From Felis catus (Eukaryota), in assembly GCF_018350175.1 (NCBI RefSeq), contig NC_058368.1:125800001-125864000 (forward strand): a stretch of 64,000 nt of DNA, written 5' to 3'. The position numbers and the translations under genes are program-made. Below the pieces are notes generated by a model. The model was not told the DNA's origin, did no database searches, and saw only the letters and a list, made by a program, of their open reading frames with translations. Numbering within the stretch: the first letter of the stretch is position 1; each line of letters opens with the position of its first letter. Below are positions 12,611 through 26,289 of this stretch, piece by piece.

Positions 12611-13824
12611 GCAGGCTTCATGACTCCTTGTTACATTTCGGTACACAGAGTCTCGCACCTGAGGGAGTAAAACTGTGTTTCTTGAAGAATCCAGGAAGTG
12701 CTCTGATGCCAAGGAAGGGAAGGGCTGCTCTGTGCAGAAACTGAGAACATCCTGAGAAACTAATTAAAATCTTCCTTTTTGATTGCACCCTGGAGGATGG
12801 GAATCGCTTCCTCTCTTGCCTCGCCTTGACACAACTTGCTCAGGAGGAATGCAAAGGAGGGGTGGGATCTTCCCCAGCATGAGAGTGAAAGGAAGCAACA
12901 TACCAAAGAGATGACGCTGGAAGAAATGCTGCAGCTGCTAATTCCACCTCCACCCTCAGGGACAGCTGCTTAGCAATATTTCAAAGGCGAAGGCAACTTA
13001 CAGGAAAGGAGGGAAAAACTGCATTTAACAACTTCCTCGTCTGGAGGTCTGGATAAGACTGGAGCACATTTGAAAGCTGTATTTATGGCAGAAATATATG
13101 TGGCCTTACAGACATCTGTGCCTGGGATTCCCGCAGCCCAAGTGTGCATTTATACATGGAGCACTCAGATTTTCAGGGCACCTGGCAAGACAATTGAATA
13201 TCGACCATTTGAATATATTGCTTGTTCATCTCATGTGCACTAGCTGTGCCAATGTTACCTGGAAGCTGTAGCTAGGAATTACGTCCAGAATTCCCTCTGC
13301 CTTTCTTCATTACCAATGCCTTGAAAGAGCAGTGTCTCTTGCTGAATCTTTAATTGTTAATCTCAGAAAAACATATGCCTTTCAGTATCACATAGCACGT
13401 GAAGAGAAATTGAGCTTCAGTGCTAGTAGGTACAGAACGTCCTATACCAATGTCTTAGAAGCAAAGTTTATTTTGCTTCAGTTTGACCTATGCATGTATG
13501 TATGTATCTTCTGTCTCACTGCATCTCATTCACTTTCTCTTCCTTCAAGCTTTTACATTTCATTTCAAACGGTTGGTGGATGGCTCTTCATTCAGCATGT
13601 AAAACAAGTGATTATTGTTTTACAATACTTTGATAATACAATACTTTTTTTTGAATACAATACTTTTACACCTACTTTGAGTTAGACAGGAATGTCCTTG
13701 AACTCATGAATATTCCAGTGTAGAAGTAAAGACCAATATGAAACATGTAATTAAATGTATAGTGTGTGTCAAGAAAAGAGATATGAAGGGCACTTTGGAA
13801 TCATATAGCAATAATAACAGTACC

Positions 13825-14275
13825 AGCAACTAAGATTAACTCATTGCTTACTATTCTAAATGATTTATATGTACTATTAACTTTAATTCCCATATGCTAC
13901 CCATGATGTAGGGTACTATCACTATTTCCATTTTATAGATTATGAAGCTAACCCCAAACTTATTAAACACTGAAGAACTTTTTCAAGTCTGCACAAGAGA
14001 AAAGAGCTGACTGAGTGGTGCCTGGGTGGTTCAGTGGGTTGAATGTCTGACTCTTTATTTTAGCTCACCAGGGTCGTGAGATCAAGCCCTGCATCAGGCT
14101 CTGCCCTGAGTGTGGAACCTGCTTAATATTCTCTGTCTCTGTCTCTGTGTCTGTCTCTCTCTCTGCCCCTCTCCCCTGCTCATGATCTCTCTCTCTCTCT
14201 CTCTCTCAAAAAAAGAAAAGAGCCAACTGGGATTTGAACCCATGTGGTTTGAGTCCTGTGCTTCATGCCTAAATA
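13825..14275 (-). mobile_element. MIR interrupted by SINEC
   Basis: gtagggtactatcactatttccattttatagattatgaagc...gagctgactg, then SINEC, then gggatttgaaccca...ttgagtcc. Confidence 0.75.
14014..14215 (+). mobile_element. SINEC nested in MIR
   Basis: gtgcctgggtggttcagtgggttgaatgtctgac; (CT)n; TSD aaaagagctgactg (14000-14013) / aaaagagccaactg (14216-14229). Confidence 0.93.
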
Positions 14276-14338
14276 CACTCTCCTAAGTAACAGAATTGAC
14301 CCTGGTCTTCCTTGGATATATTTATTAAAGTTTGAAAC

Positions 14339-14347
14339 GTGTGTGTG

Positions 14348-14399
<52 letters not shown>
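14339..14399. repeat. (GT)n(TA)n microsatellite
   Basis: Direct read of the sequence. Confidence 0.97.
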
Positions 14400-14404
<5 letters not shown>

Positions 14405-14499
14405 TTTGTGTGTGTACTCCTTTAATAAAAGAAACGAGAACAAATATTTTTCTCTTTAAGAAAGAAACTAGATTGAAAATAAAAATAAAATGCCTCTCT

Positions 14500-14700
14500 G
14501 GGGCACCTAGGTGGCTCCGTTGGTTAAGCCTCTGACTTCAGCTAAGGTAACGATCTCATGGTTCGTGAGTTAGAGACCCACATTGGGCTCTCTGCTGTCA
14601 GCATAGACCCCGCTTCAGATCCTCTGTCCCCATTTCTCTCTGCCCCTCCCCCCATTCACATGCACACACATTCTCTCTCTCAAAAATAAATATTAAATAA
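14500..14700 (+). mobile_element. SINEC
   Basis: ggggcacctaggtggctccgttggttaagcctctgacttcagct head; aaaaataaa tail; TSD approximately aaataaa(a)tgcct. Confidence 0.93.
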
Positions 14701-14707
14701 ATGCCTA

Positions 14708-14945
14708 TAAATGTAATGCATTGGTATCATGGTGGGAGATACTAGGAAAAAAAACTAGTGAAATTCAAATAAAATGTGGACTTTAGTTTGCTATAATGTA
14801 TCAATGTTGGTTTCATTGACTAATGTACCATAGTAATGTAAGCTGGTAATAGGGAAAAATGGGTGAGGGTTATGCAGGGACTGTCTGTGCTCTCTTTGAA
14901 ACTTTTCTTAAAATCTTAAAGTATTCTAAAATGAGTTTACATAAT
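14708..14945 (+). mobile_element. Old L1 (L1MC/L1MD-like) 3' end
   Basis: ctagtgaaattcaaataaaatgtggactttagtt...tgtaccatagtaatgtaag...gggtgagggttatgcagggactgtctgtgctctctttgaaacttttc. Confidence 0.75.
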
Positions 14946-15688
14946 GAAAAAATGAAATAAAACGCCAATCCCTCCCTCCCCCAACCTGAGCTTTTATTAG
15001 TTGCAAACTTGCGAGTTCTCTACGATAGTGGTGCCTCCTCTCTGATGTCCTCCCTCTACTATGTAGACAGCGTGGCATCTTCAGCATCAGCCGGAGCATT
15101 TGTGCATCTGTTTCCAGGTCTCTTTCTTGGCCAGGCTGGGCATGCTCTGCATTCATGCCATGCCATCCTCTGTAACCTGCATATCCACATCTCAGCATCC
15201 TCTCCTTGTCCTTTTCCTTATTGGTCACTGGATCCTTAGTTCCTATCCTGACTACATCCAAAAAAATCATGTCTTCACAACTTTGTGGGGTCTTCATGTG
15301 GCTGGTTCTAAATCAAGTACTGATATCTGGGGCATCAGATGTGGCCTTCCCTTGCATGGTTCTCCTTCCATGCTTGTGGAAGCTGTCAGACAAAAGCCTG
15401 GGAGACCCAAACAGAGACTTGCCTGGTCCACACATTCAGTATCCCATTTTTTTTTTTTTTATCTTTTCTTATTGTTATAAGGAGTTTGAACACTCTCAAT
15501 CTGCCATGCTGCAAATAGCTTCCCAGAAACAGGATATAGACAGCTGGCTGAGGAACCAAGACAATAAACACCACTTCAGTTCAGAATGTGCAAAAAAGTG
15601 AGAACAACTTTGAGTTAGGCAATAAGCGTTATCTTCATACAGTTCCAATGGTTCTGCCTCTTAAATATTTCTCAGATGTATCCTCTCC

Positions 15689-16100
15689 TGTATCAGAGTC
15701 CAACCAGGAAAAGAGAAACATCCTCAAATATTTAAAAGAATTTTATACAAGGAATCAATTACACAGGTGATGAAAGAGATCAGAAGCCGAAGGAGACAAT
15801 GCAGCAACTCAGATGTTAGCAATAGCAGGAAGCCACAATCAACCTTGCGCGGGAGGGACAAAAGAAGGAAATAGGGTTCCCAGAACCTCTGGTGGGCGGA
15901 CCCTTGGGCAGAAGCCAGAATGGTGGTATGTGTGCACGTGCCATAGAGGAGAGGCAACCAAGAAAGAGGATGAAACACACTGGATTCTTCTATCCTCCTG
16001 TTTCCCAGTCTCCTGTTGGTAACTTCCACTGGCCCAAACTAATTAGGAACGGGCCACCATGGAAATCCAGTAAACGGAGGAAACCAAACTTCCTTCCACA
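15689..16100 (-). mobile_element. LTR33-like ERVL solo LTR
   Basis: tgtatcagagtccaaccaggaaaagagaaac...tatacaaggaatcaattacacaggtgatgaaagag resembles the antisense LTR33 3' end as I recall it. Confidence 0.55.
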
Positions 16101-17664
16101 CAGCACAGAGACACTACCTTGCTGAGATCAAGGACTCTGCTGTCTCTTTCTGGCACCATTACAGAATCTTCTTAATCCTTCCCTTGACTCTGTAATCTCA
16201 GTCTCCCTCCAATTCATCCTGTATATTTGAGCCAGCAATGTTGCTGAGATACCAATATATATGTCAAGCCCCTATTTAAGCTCTTAGATGACTTGATGCT
16301 GACTACCTGCCTGGGTCAAGCTTTTGCCCCCCTGTCCAGACTCATTTCCCACAACTCAGTACATGGCATGGTTTCAGTGCACTGAAGATTGCCAGGGACA
16401 CAGAGTGGTGTTGGCTACTCCACTGATGATGGTCTTGTAGACATTCGAAGAGACTGCCTGGGCTGAGCCTTGAGGTTGTCATGGAGGGAATGGCAGGAAC
16501 AGCAGTCTAGGTAACATTGTCAAGCTATTTTCTGGAGCACATGAGGGGGCCTGGAGCACAGGACAAGACTCTTGGTGAGAGCATGTGAGGGCATGTAACA
16601 CTTTAGAGCCTTTGGAGGCTCCAGAAAAACAAATGGGAGGAGAACCAAAGGGCCTTAGGGATGTCAGCTAATGGGGGCGTGAGTCAGTGAGATTTGAGTG
16701 ATTCTTAATGAAACCCATCTGTTGGGTTAAATTGGAGGAAATGGAGGTTATATTTGAGAATAGAATTGAATGTCCAAATATGTTGTTCAGGTTATTGCTT
16801 CTAAAGTTAATCCATCATCAAAAGATTTCTAGCAGAATGAATGAATATGAAGGGCTCGTTTCTGATAGGCATTATAGGCTATTTATCTATAATCTGGGGT
16901 GGGGCTTGATAAAAAAAGGAGGACATTAACACACATGAGCCTTTTAGGGAGTAATTGAGTTCTAGATGATAAGCAGAAAACAGACGGTGGAAAATATGGG
17001 TTTGGAACATCAGAGAAAGTTTCAGTGAAGTTTCTCTAACCTCTAGATACTTAAAAAAATCTCTATTATACTATACATACCTATTAACCATTCTTTGCAT
17101 TTCCTTCTAGTCTTGCTGTGATGTGAACTTCTCTTATGCAGTTAAAAGGTGATGCTACCCTTCAATATCAAGGGAAACCAAACATTTACTAAGCTAACAT
17201 AATGTGCCAAAGTGTTGAACTGGGCAGATTACATAATGTATTTTATTTTGTCATAATTTTCCCGTAACAGATGAGGGAAAGGAGGCTCAGAGAGAGTAAG
17301 TCACTTGCCTGAGGCTGCATATCAAGTGCAGGCATTGGTATTTAAATGTAGGTCTCCTTTTACTATGCCACAATTTTCACCTGTCACTAAGCAACCCTCA
17401 TGATGAGTGCAAATAAGAATAACTTAGTATTCAGCTTTCTCGCCAGGAACATTAAAATAACATTTGGATGTATTTCCACACAAAATCACTCTAAAATCCT
17501 ATATACAGGTTTCTAAAACATGGAATTCATTTTGAAGGTTTATTTTCCTATTGAATGATAAGGATCTTGCACCCTACATCTCTCAAAATTCAAGCCAAAT
17601 CATGGTGCCCTTGATCTACCCAGTCTTTGGACTCATGTATTTATTATCATATCTTTCTGAGTCT

Positions 17665-18097
17665 TTGACTTGCATGTTGGGAGAGGTCCTCAGAAAGCAG
17701 ATACTGAGATGGAGGTAAGTGTTTGGGGCATTTGTCAGGAAGTGCTCTTGGGAACCAGCCCTGCGGAAGATAGCGCCAGGAAGCAGAATTTAGCAGAGAA
17801 AAAAGTTAAACTGTGATGTAATATGATGAAGGGTCTAGAGAGCTTACTGGCGGCTCTAGTCCTCTTTTGTTCTGATTTGGGAAAGGAGGTTCTACATGTT
17901 GATCAGTTCCTGAATGTAGAAGACCAGTTACCAGAAGGAGGTGTAGTCTAATGTGAATTATTATTATTCAGGTGAGGGAATCCCTGAGCAAGACCCTCAG
18001 CCAAGGGCTGTTTTGTGGCACCACTTCCAGCAGCTGGGGAAATAAGTCCTTCATTTTCCAGAGGGCATCTGGGTGATACCTCACAATATTCACCACT
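17665..18097 (-). mobile_element. LTR16-family ERVL solo LTR
   Basis: gaaagcagatactgagatggag...gtgctcttgggaaccagccctg...cagcagctggggaaataagtccttcatt; homologous by eye to the LTRs at ~25.7 kb and ~27.6-28.1 kb. Confidence 0.7.
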
Positions 18098-18315
18098 GTG
18101 AGAAATGTAATTCCTCATAAATCTGTGTATATACAATAAACATATATATGTATTGAATATATAAGATGTGGCAAAATATATGAAAATATGCAATATATAA
18201 ATAAATGTTTACTTCATATAATTATAAAAAAATATATATATTTTATAGATAACTTGTTAAGGCATTAACTACCTGGATCAGGATGAAAGCTGGACTTTAA
18301 AGAATTAATATGTTT

Positions 18316-18524
18316 GGGGCGCCTGGGTGGCTCAGTCGGTTAAGCGGCCGACTTCGGCTCAGGTCATGATCTCACGGTCCACGAGTTTAAGCCCCGCATC
18401 GGGCTCTGTGCTGACAGCTCAGAGCCTGGAGCCTGTTTCAGATTCTGTGTCTCCCTCTCTCTGACCATCTCCCGTTCATGCTCTGTCTCTCTCTGTCTCA
18501 AAAATAAATAAACGTTAAAAAAAA
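18316..18524 (+). mobile_element. Young felid-type SINEC (SINEC_Fc-like)
   Basis: ggggcgcctgggtggctcagtcggttaagcggccgacttcggctcaggtcatgatctcacgg with many intact CpGs; exact 17-bp TSD aaagaattaatatgttt at 18299-18315 and 18525-18541. Confidence 0.97.
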
Positions 18525-20014
18525 AAAGAATTAATATGTTTGACAGTGTGGTTCCTACAAACTGAAAATGCAGGGTACCCCTCTTTGGTTCAAGAGGGAA
18601 CAGAAGTGTATGAGACTTCTTGAGACCCTCATGCTTCTTACCACCACGTGACGTATTGTTGCTGTACCAATAATAAGAATGTAAGTCCATCAAGTGATGT
18701 GGACTATGTACAGAGAATGATGCTTGGCTTATTGGCTGTTTTTACACATTTGCTTATTCTGAAGACCAAGAAAACAAACAGATAATAAAATCATTATGTA
18801 GTTAAAAACTTAAAAAAACATGAATTCCTTAGAAACTGCATTGGCCCAGCCTCTGTTCACTTTGTCAACTTCTTCCTGTGTTAGCTATGCCCATTAACGA
18901 AGAGTTGTACTAGAGATCTGAGAAGGCAAATATCTAACCACAGTCAATAAATGTAGAGAATCCTCACACGTCCAAGACAAAAAGAAGGAGATGCCTAACA
19001 TATTCATCTCTTTTAGGTTTAGAAGCTTAAGAGACTCTGCCGTGCTGTCTCCTTTCCTCTGCCCATCCCTTTCACTGACTCAGCAGTCTGAATCAAGAGT
19101 GCTCCACATTTCTGTGGTTCCTTGAAGCACAGTCCCTAATAGCTGGTGCCTGAAGGGTATTTGTAACTTGCTCACAGTGATTGAAAGGGCAAGTGGCTTC
19201 AATTTGTTCATGTAGAGCTGTATCGTATGGAGTGCATACCTAGGATAAGCTGAACTGTGTGTTGAATTAGGAACTATGGCTGCCCAAGGCAATCTGGAAA
19301 ATGCTGGCCCTCCTAAAATGACAGTCACCTTCATTGTTGGCATTTTTCTTCCATTAGCCCTTTCCTGTGTTTTTGGGCAATGAGTGAGGTCTGATTCAGC
19401 TATTACCTATATTAGGACGTCTTAGTCACACCCAAAAGATGTGAATGAGCCAAATATGTTCTTTTTTAAAATTTTTATTTGATCTATTTATTTATTCATT
19501 CCATCATTTACTCTTAATTTATAGTTAAATAACTATTTTGTTTTGTGGCCAGGTAGTACAGGTAATTGCTCTAAGGCTAAAGTACAGAACCGGTGTCATC
19601 ATGCACACTGAATATTGAGAATTTAGATCTGGATTTTAGGATCATAGAATTCCAGTTAGTCTGATTATTATAGCAATTGAATAGGAGGCAACTGTCTTTT
19701 TCTATTTTTTTTCTTCTTAATTTTTTTCTAAATAATGTCATAATTCAGAAGGCTGAGTGTTTCTTGTTTCTCTTCTGCAAAGTCATCACTAGGAAAGGTG
19801 CTTTAATTCATTTTCTTTTGATGTGCTTTAACCTTCGTAAAAACTTGCCTCATCTTGCTTTAATTCCTTTATTAGAATTGCAATTTCATTCCATTTTTCT
19901 TTTTTATATCATTGGTACATACCAGGAGAATTTTATATTAATCCCCCAAATTTTGTCATCTTGTTTTCTAACAGCTCACTTCTGAGCATCAATAGATTCA
20001 GTTCTCTTATTGGT

Positions 20015-20150
20015 CGGTTTTGTGGCCTTGGGCCAGTCAAACTCCATGAACCTCAACTTCTCCATTTGCAAAATGGGATAATAATACTTACCTCCCACAC
20101 ACCATGGGTGTTGTGAGAATTAGAAAGATAATGTTTACAAAGTGTTTTGT
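20015..20150 (+). mobile_element. MIR
   Basis: tgtggccttgggccagtc...cctcaacttctccatttgcaaaatgggataataatacttacctc...gttgtgagaatta. Confidence 0.8.
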
Positions 20151-22547
20151 AAAAGCATAGAGCCTTTCATCTAAGGAAGGAGTTCAGAGTGTTATTATTT
20201 TTGTTTTTACTGATGGTCTGGTTCCCACATGGCTTTATTTTTATGGTGTACTTAACTGCAATAGAAATGAGAGATGGTAAAGATTATAGCAGGTCATCTA
20301 GTTCAAACATATTGTGGAATTCTTCCCCTGCAACATGCTGTTTATACTTTACTCCTTCTATTTTTAAATGCCAAGCATCAAGCATTACATGGTTCATTTC
20401 TTCCTGCCGACAGCAGAACTCTTCTAAAGAACAATTTCAATGGCAACTTTCGATCCAAGTATTTTCTTAATGACCCAATGGGAATAACTCTTTGAGTCTC
20501 TTCTAGGGGGATATTTTTGCCCAATGTGAGGGCTACAATTATTTTCAGGGCCTTTTTACTACTTTACTGGGGAGATGGAGTCACAATCCATTAGCTCTCC
20601 TTCTGATGATGTTCTTTACACTGTTCATCTCAAACTTTCAATTTAGGAATTTCCTAACCATTGGTCCATGGAGCAGACCAAATCTTGTTCAGAGATATCT
20701 CATTTCAAACACAGTTAAATTGCTTTAAATTCAATTCTAGAAGACTAATTTGAAAGAATGTGCTAACTCCAGTCTTGTGCACTGCACATCTTTTGCTTTT
20801 GGCAGGTCCATAATCTGTCATTGAAGATAGAGACATTCTAGCATATGATAGTACATAAATACTTATTGAATGGATAAATGGATAATTCATAATATCACAT
20901 ATCTAATTCATTGTGGGATAAATTATAGTCCTTTTTCCATGGGATAATCATAGTCCTTTTATTTTTTTAGGGTTATATATTAATATATTTATATTTACAT
21001 AAAATAGTTATGAATATATTATATGGAAGTATCACTACTTAAAGTATAAATACAACTAGTATCTTGACAAAGGGACCCTCTACAATAAACATACTTTGAA
21101 AAACTGTGGAGCATTTACTGTATATTAGGAGCTGAGAATATGTTGGAAGGCTTAACAAACGTATTTCTTTTCTTGCGGTGCTTACTGACTACTTCAGCCA
21201 ATGAGAATTGGTTCTGAAGATACAATGATTCCTTCCCCCATAGCCCCCCAGCAATTGTTTTCCCATCCTTTCACTGTAGAGAGTGAATTCTAAGATTAAA
21301 TCAATACCCCAAGTATTTCTTTCCTGTTTTTGTACTTTATGGTAGTTTAATTACTCTCAAATAAACTAATCCATTGGCTAAAACTAAACTTTATTCTATG
21401 TGCTAATGGTATTGTTTTGAATGTACTTGTGCCCAACAGAATCAGATTCATAGTGAGACTTTATAAGTGGCAAGATTTTGTTTTTCATCAATCCATAAAT
21501 TTTCTAAATCCAAAGATTGGAGCAGTAATTAGGCTTCCTTAATAAAGAATAGGATATGACTTTTAAGAGAGAACTCCATTCCAATCTCAAGCAGTCAAAA
21601 AACTAAAATCTAAAAAAAAAAAAAAAGGGAAAAATAGTAAATCTCTCTCTTTTGAGGTACATGGGAAATTAAGAAACATAACTTTATCCAAAATTGCTCA
21701 TTATTACCTGTTGAAATTGGATCAGAAAGCTTATGCCATTTGAAATCTTTTCATATGGCATATTTCCAGATAGTGAAATCATTGGTGGTCAACTTTTTGG
21801 ATGCTTTGCTCTTTAATCACTTATGCCTTCAACCTGGTAGTAGCTGCGTAGTGAGATAGGTGATGGTAATTAGCTTGCTGAGTCAGTGGGAAGGAGCCCT
21901 GTAATATTGAATAATTGTTTCTTTGATGTATGGTGTGGTTAACATGCTTAAGATTTTTAACTCAGGACCATCTGGATGTTAGATCTGAGAAGAGGAAGTA
22001 AAATCAGTTTTATATACTGTGTAGAACATGAAATAACAAATCTCAGTCTGTTCTTTGCCATTCTTTTTCTTTACCTTTTCGGTTTTTTAAAAAACTTTAT
22101 ACCAATTAATTTAAGCACTTAGCAATCAAACATATCAAATAAAATGAAATCATTATAAGTCTTGAATCACCTTACTTGTTATGATCTTTGTTCCAGATAA
22201 CTATGGAACAAAAATCTGGACAAAAATATAAAGGCACAGTGACACTACCATTTTGGAAAGTAGATGTAGTTTATTGTCTTTAGACTTATATAACACTAAT
22301 GTGTCAGCAATGGATTTAGCTTATTCCCTGATATTAGTCTCATCATGCTTTCATTTCTGTGAGAGATATTCCTGTTAGGCCCAGGAGTTGACTAAGGAGA
22401 ATGTAGAACCTGGAGTTGAAAGTCATTAGTTTTGATCTTCTCTGTAATCACCAATTTATTATCATGAACTTTGGTGCAATGGAAAATTATTATCTCTTTA
22501 TAGATCTCAGCAGCTTAAAATGGGAAGAATTGGGGCCTCCAAGGATT

Positions 22548-22582
22548 TGTGTGTGTGTGTTTATTTATTCTTTGAGGAAGAG

Positions 22583-22639
<57 letters not shown>

Positions 22640-22799
22640 GCAGCGGAGGAGCGGAGAGAGGGAACCATAGAATCTGAAGCAAACTCCAGGCTATGAGCTG
22701 TCAGCACAGAGCCTGATGTGGGGCTCAAACTCATACACTGTTAGATCTTGACCTGAGCCAAAGTCAGATTTTCACCCAACTGAGCCATCCAGGTGCCCC
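22548..22799 (-). mobile_element. SINEC with internal (CA)n expansion
   Basis: Antisense head ctgagccatccaggtgcccc; (CA)n at ~22589-22638. Confidence 0.93.
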
Positions 22800-24109
22800 T
22801 GGGCCTTCGGGGGTCTTAACCTCTGCATCTCTTTCTTGTCCTTAGCTGCTGTCTTCCAGGTTCTTCTGCTTCTGATGCCCAAGAGAACAGCAACAAGCTG
22901 GGATTTGGAGAGGTCTTGAGGACTCCTGCTATTTGAGCCTCATTTGTGGTTGAGGTGCAGACTGATAAGAGGAAGAATGATTTGCAATGAGATGCAGGAG
23001 GAAAGAATGGATTCATAACGTTAGATGAAAATTACAAAACAATAGAATGATAACATCCTGCAGAAAATGTCTTCATGCATGGGTTTGTGTCTCTCGTATA
23101 AGTGTAATTAGCTAGGATTCAAATTCAAGTTAAGGCACTTTTTTTTTCTATCTCTACCACTGCAAACATAAATTTTGGTTTTCATAAAAATCACCAGTAG
23201 CTTTGTATGCCTTTGCCCAAAGACAGCTGAATGGTATTTACTTGTCTCTTGCTAGGACTTAGCATTGTTTGCAATGGCTGGGTGCATTTGACTTGTATGA
23301 AAAGATTTCCGAATTGCGTCCTTGTTGGAGTGAACTCGGCAGGTGAATAGATGAACAGCAGCTTTTATCTTCCATGGTCAGATCTCACTCTCCTGAGTTG
23401 ACTAATATTTACCTAAGCCTCTCTCTACTTCTTCCTTCTCTCTCAGAGTTTGTTTTCTTGTTATCCCAACCTGGATGCTTGACCTACAACTCAGCTTCCT
23501 TGGAATTGTTCTTGGCTCACCTTGCACATTTTTCGTTTCCATGATTCTTTATTTCTTAATTTGAATGCTTCTCTTTGTTCTGTAACATGGCATTCACCAC
23601 TGCTTTCCTGTTCTCCCCTAGGTTGCCCTTTGCTGTTGGTGTGCTTCCCACCTACACAGGTATGCAACACATTTCTTTATCTAATCTCTTGGCTTATCTG
23701 GCCTTTAATATTTTCTTAACACAGTATATAGTTCAGCCTTATTTGATTTATCACCAACATATAAACTCCCCCATAACCTCACATTTTCATTTGCTTCTGT
23801 GGAAGTGAATTCCTTCAGGAGAAACTGATTTTTATTCCCAAAAAAGAAATAATATCTGAAGAGTTTTATAAAAGGACCTTAGAACATCTCACAAACATTA
23901 TCACCTTCATCTTTCGTGTTGTCTCTATTAAAAAACATAGATGGAAGACAAGCATTCAATTTTGAGATAAAAAATTATAGTTACGGCCAATTGCTTACAA
24001 CTAGTGAGTAGACAGTAATCCTGAGTACAAACAAAGGATAATATGTCTTCCTATTTTGCATTCTTCTATCTTTTGGAGGAACTATTTATATAACACAATT
24101 ACATTGTAT

Positions 24110-24370
24110 TGATTCATTTCAACAACACATATACAATAATTAATATATGAAAGTCACTCTAAGTCGAATATATATAAGACATAGAAGAATGGTAGTTGTC
24201 TTTGAGGGAGTGGGGAGACACCTACAGAGAGGCAGTCTATACTAAGTACTATGACAAAAGAAAGAACAAGTGTCCTGAGCCACAGATACACTAGAGGGTT
24301 GACTGGGTTGGTGTAGAGTACTTTGTGAAGGAGGCAGCTCTGGACTAGAATCATATGAAAAGAGGATGGG
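24110..24370 (-). mobile_element. L2 fragment
   Basis: ttcatttcaacaacacat...ggggagaca...ctttgtgaaggaggcagctctggactagaatcatatgaa. Confidence 0.45.
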
Positions 24371-26289
24371 CAGAAATGTGCCTCTAGAGAAAAACACTCT
24401 GAGCCATATTCTCCCAATCCCTGGTCCACCATTTCAATGTCCCTTTTAAACACCAATATAGCTTCTAAAGATACTATCTTGCAAATTGAGAATACGTTGT
24501 TTTCTAGGAGCCACCTGAGTATGAATAGCTGTGCGGTATATATATATAATAGAAAGTAATTATAATTTCACCTCTCAAAGAAATGAGTTTAAATATGATC
24601 ATCACAAAATGGTAAAAACTCTATTGACCTAGAAATTATAATGAAAATAATAAATGAAAGTGAGAGAATTTATGAAAATATTTGCTGGGTTTTAAGTTGT
24701 GTGTGTGCTTCACTGAGAAGCATATTGTAAAAATTGTTCACAGTGCCTTGTTTCCCAGTCTTGTGATTAGCCTCCTGAGGCAGTCACATGGGCTCACTTC
24801 CTCTAAATCAGTATTAAAGAAGAGTGTTTCAGGCAGACCACCTTGAGGTGATAATTGCTTTTCTCAGGAGATAGTCACATGTGTCAGGTCCTCTGGGAGG
24901 AAATGAATGAATTGCCTATTGTGTCTTAAAACTCAGACAAGAAATTTTAAAGGTGAATTTCCAAAGTATTAAGGCTCAGAGTAATCACTGGAGTGTGGCA
25001 GCTAGCCTGGGGGGCCCCACCCTTCCTAGACTCAGCAATCTCTTCCCCTGTACAAAATTACATAAACATTTGAAGATTTCCTTCTGCCCTCAGAATTCGA
25101 TTTGTCTGCCAAAGTTATGGTCATTTGGGCTGGAAATTTGGCTATTTGCACTATCTTTTAAGGCACCGGTAGCTGCATTCTTTCCTGCACTTGCTTATTC
25201 ATGATCTTGTGATTCTTTGAGTCTCTGGGGCCTCTTGGGTCAATTGCTCTGAGACCTATCAGTAGGGAAAAGAGGACACACTTATGTCATTTCTATCTAA
25301 ATAGCAGGCTTCACTTTGGAGCTGACCCAAGATAGCCTCTTCTGTATTCCAAGTAAAAGCCTTTTGCCAAATCTTGGTTGGGCAGAAACCCAGAGACTTG
25401 AGTTGTAGGGCATCCTTCTTCATGAGAATAATCAATAGATCTACAAAACATACAAGGTTGGTCACATGACCAATTTTTCTCTTTCCTACTACCCCCATGC
25501 CATTCCTTATCCCCTGTATCTTGACAGAACATCTACTGTAGAGGAACACAAAGTTTGGGCAGCTTCACTCCCTCCCTAGTTCCATTAAATAACTCTATTC
25601 TTGGCTCCTTAATACCTTACTACCATAGTGCTTTCAGAAATAAAAAGCATTTTCTTTTCCCAGTACACAAATGGCTCAGAATTATTTCTTTTTCTAGATG
25701 TTCTCATCTGTTGCTGCTTGGGTTACACTGAGAAATTCTGAAATGGAATTTTGAGGATAGAATATTAATGTAGAGTGTTCTTGGGGTAGCACCTCTGGAG
25801 GGCTGGAAAAAGCAACGGAATTGGAAAGAAGGACATGCTCAGCTGAGACACAAACACAACAAATCTTAGTCAATCCCACAGGGATGTCTGGAAGTAGAAT
25901 GGCCCCTCATAGTTGCCCTGAGTTGGGCTAAGATGGCAGGCCTCAATATTACCACATCAATAAGTCATTGGATGTGGGCATCCTTAGCAAGGGCATCCCA
26001 TGGTTGAGAGGGCTCTCTGTAGCTGAGACAACCCTGAGGAGCTGACAGCTTAGATGTCTGCTGGCTGAATTCTAAGTAGCTGGAACAGGAAGAAAGGAAC
26101 ATCTGGATGGTGCACAGTGATCACAAAAGCCTGCCCCCCTGCTCCATTCAGATTCACATTTCAATATTACATTTAAGAAGCAGCTCTTTAAGATTCTCTT
26201 GACTTCTCTTCCTGGGTTAAAGTATGAACAGCATGTTAGTGAGACAAACTATAGTCCAATGCTATAGCTGGCCTCAGTATCACAACTTA

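Noticed and set aside
14926..15601. Longest ORFs in the window (123-131 aa, overlapping on both strands)
   Set aside because: Random-like composition and no family motif; lengths are compatible with chance in 64 kb.
18316..18400. tRNA-like A/B-box sequence
   Set aside because: It is the tRNA-derived SINEC head, not a tRNA gene. The same applies to all SINEC copies.
22190..22285. Possible exon after ttgttccag (ITMEQKSGQKYKGTVTLPFWK)
   Set aside because: Weak donor, unrecognised peptide and no partner exons.
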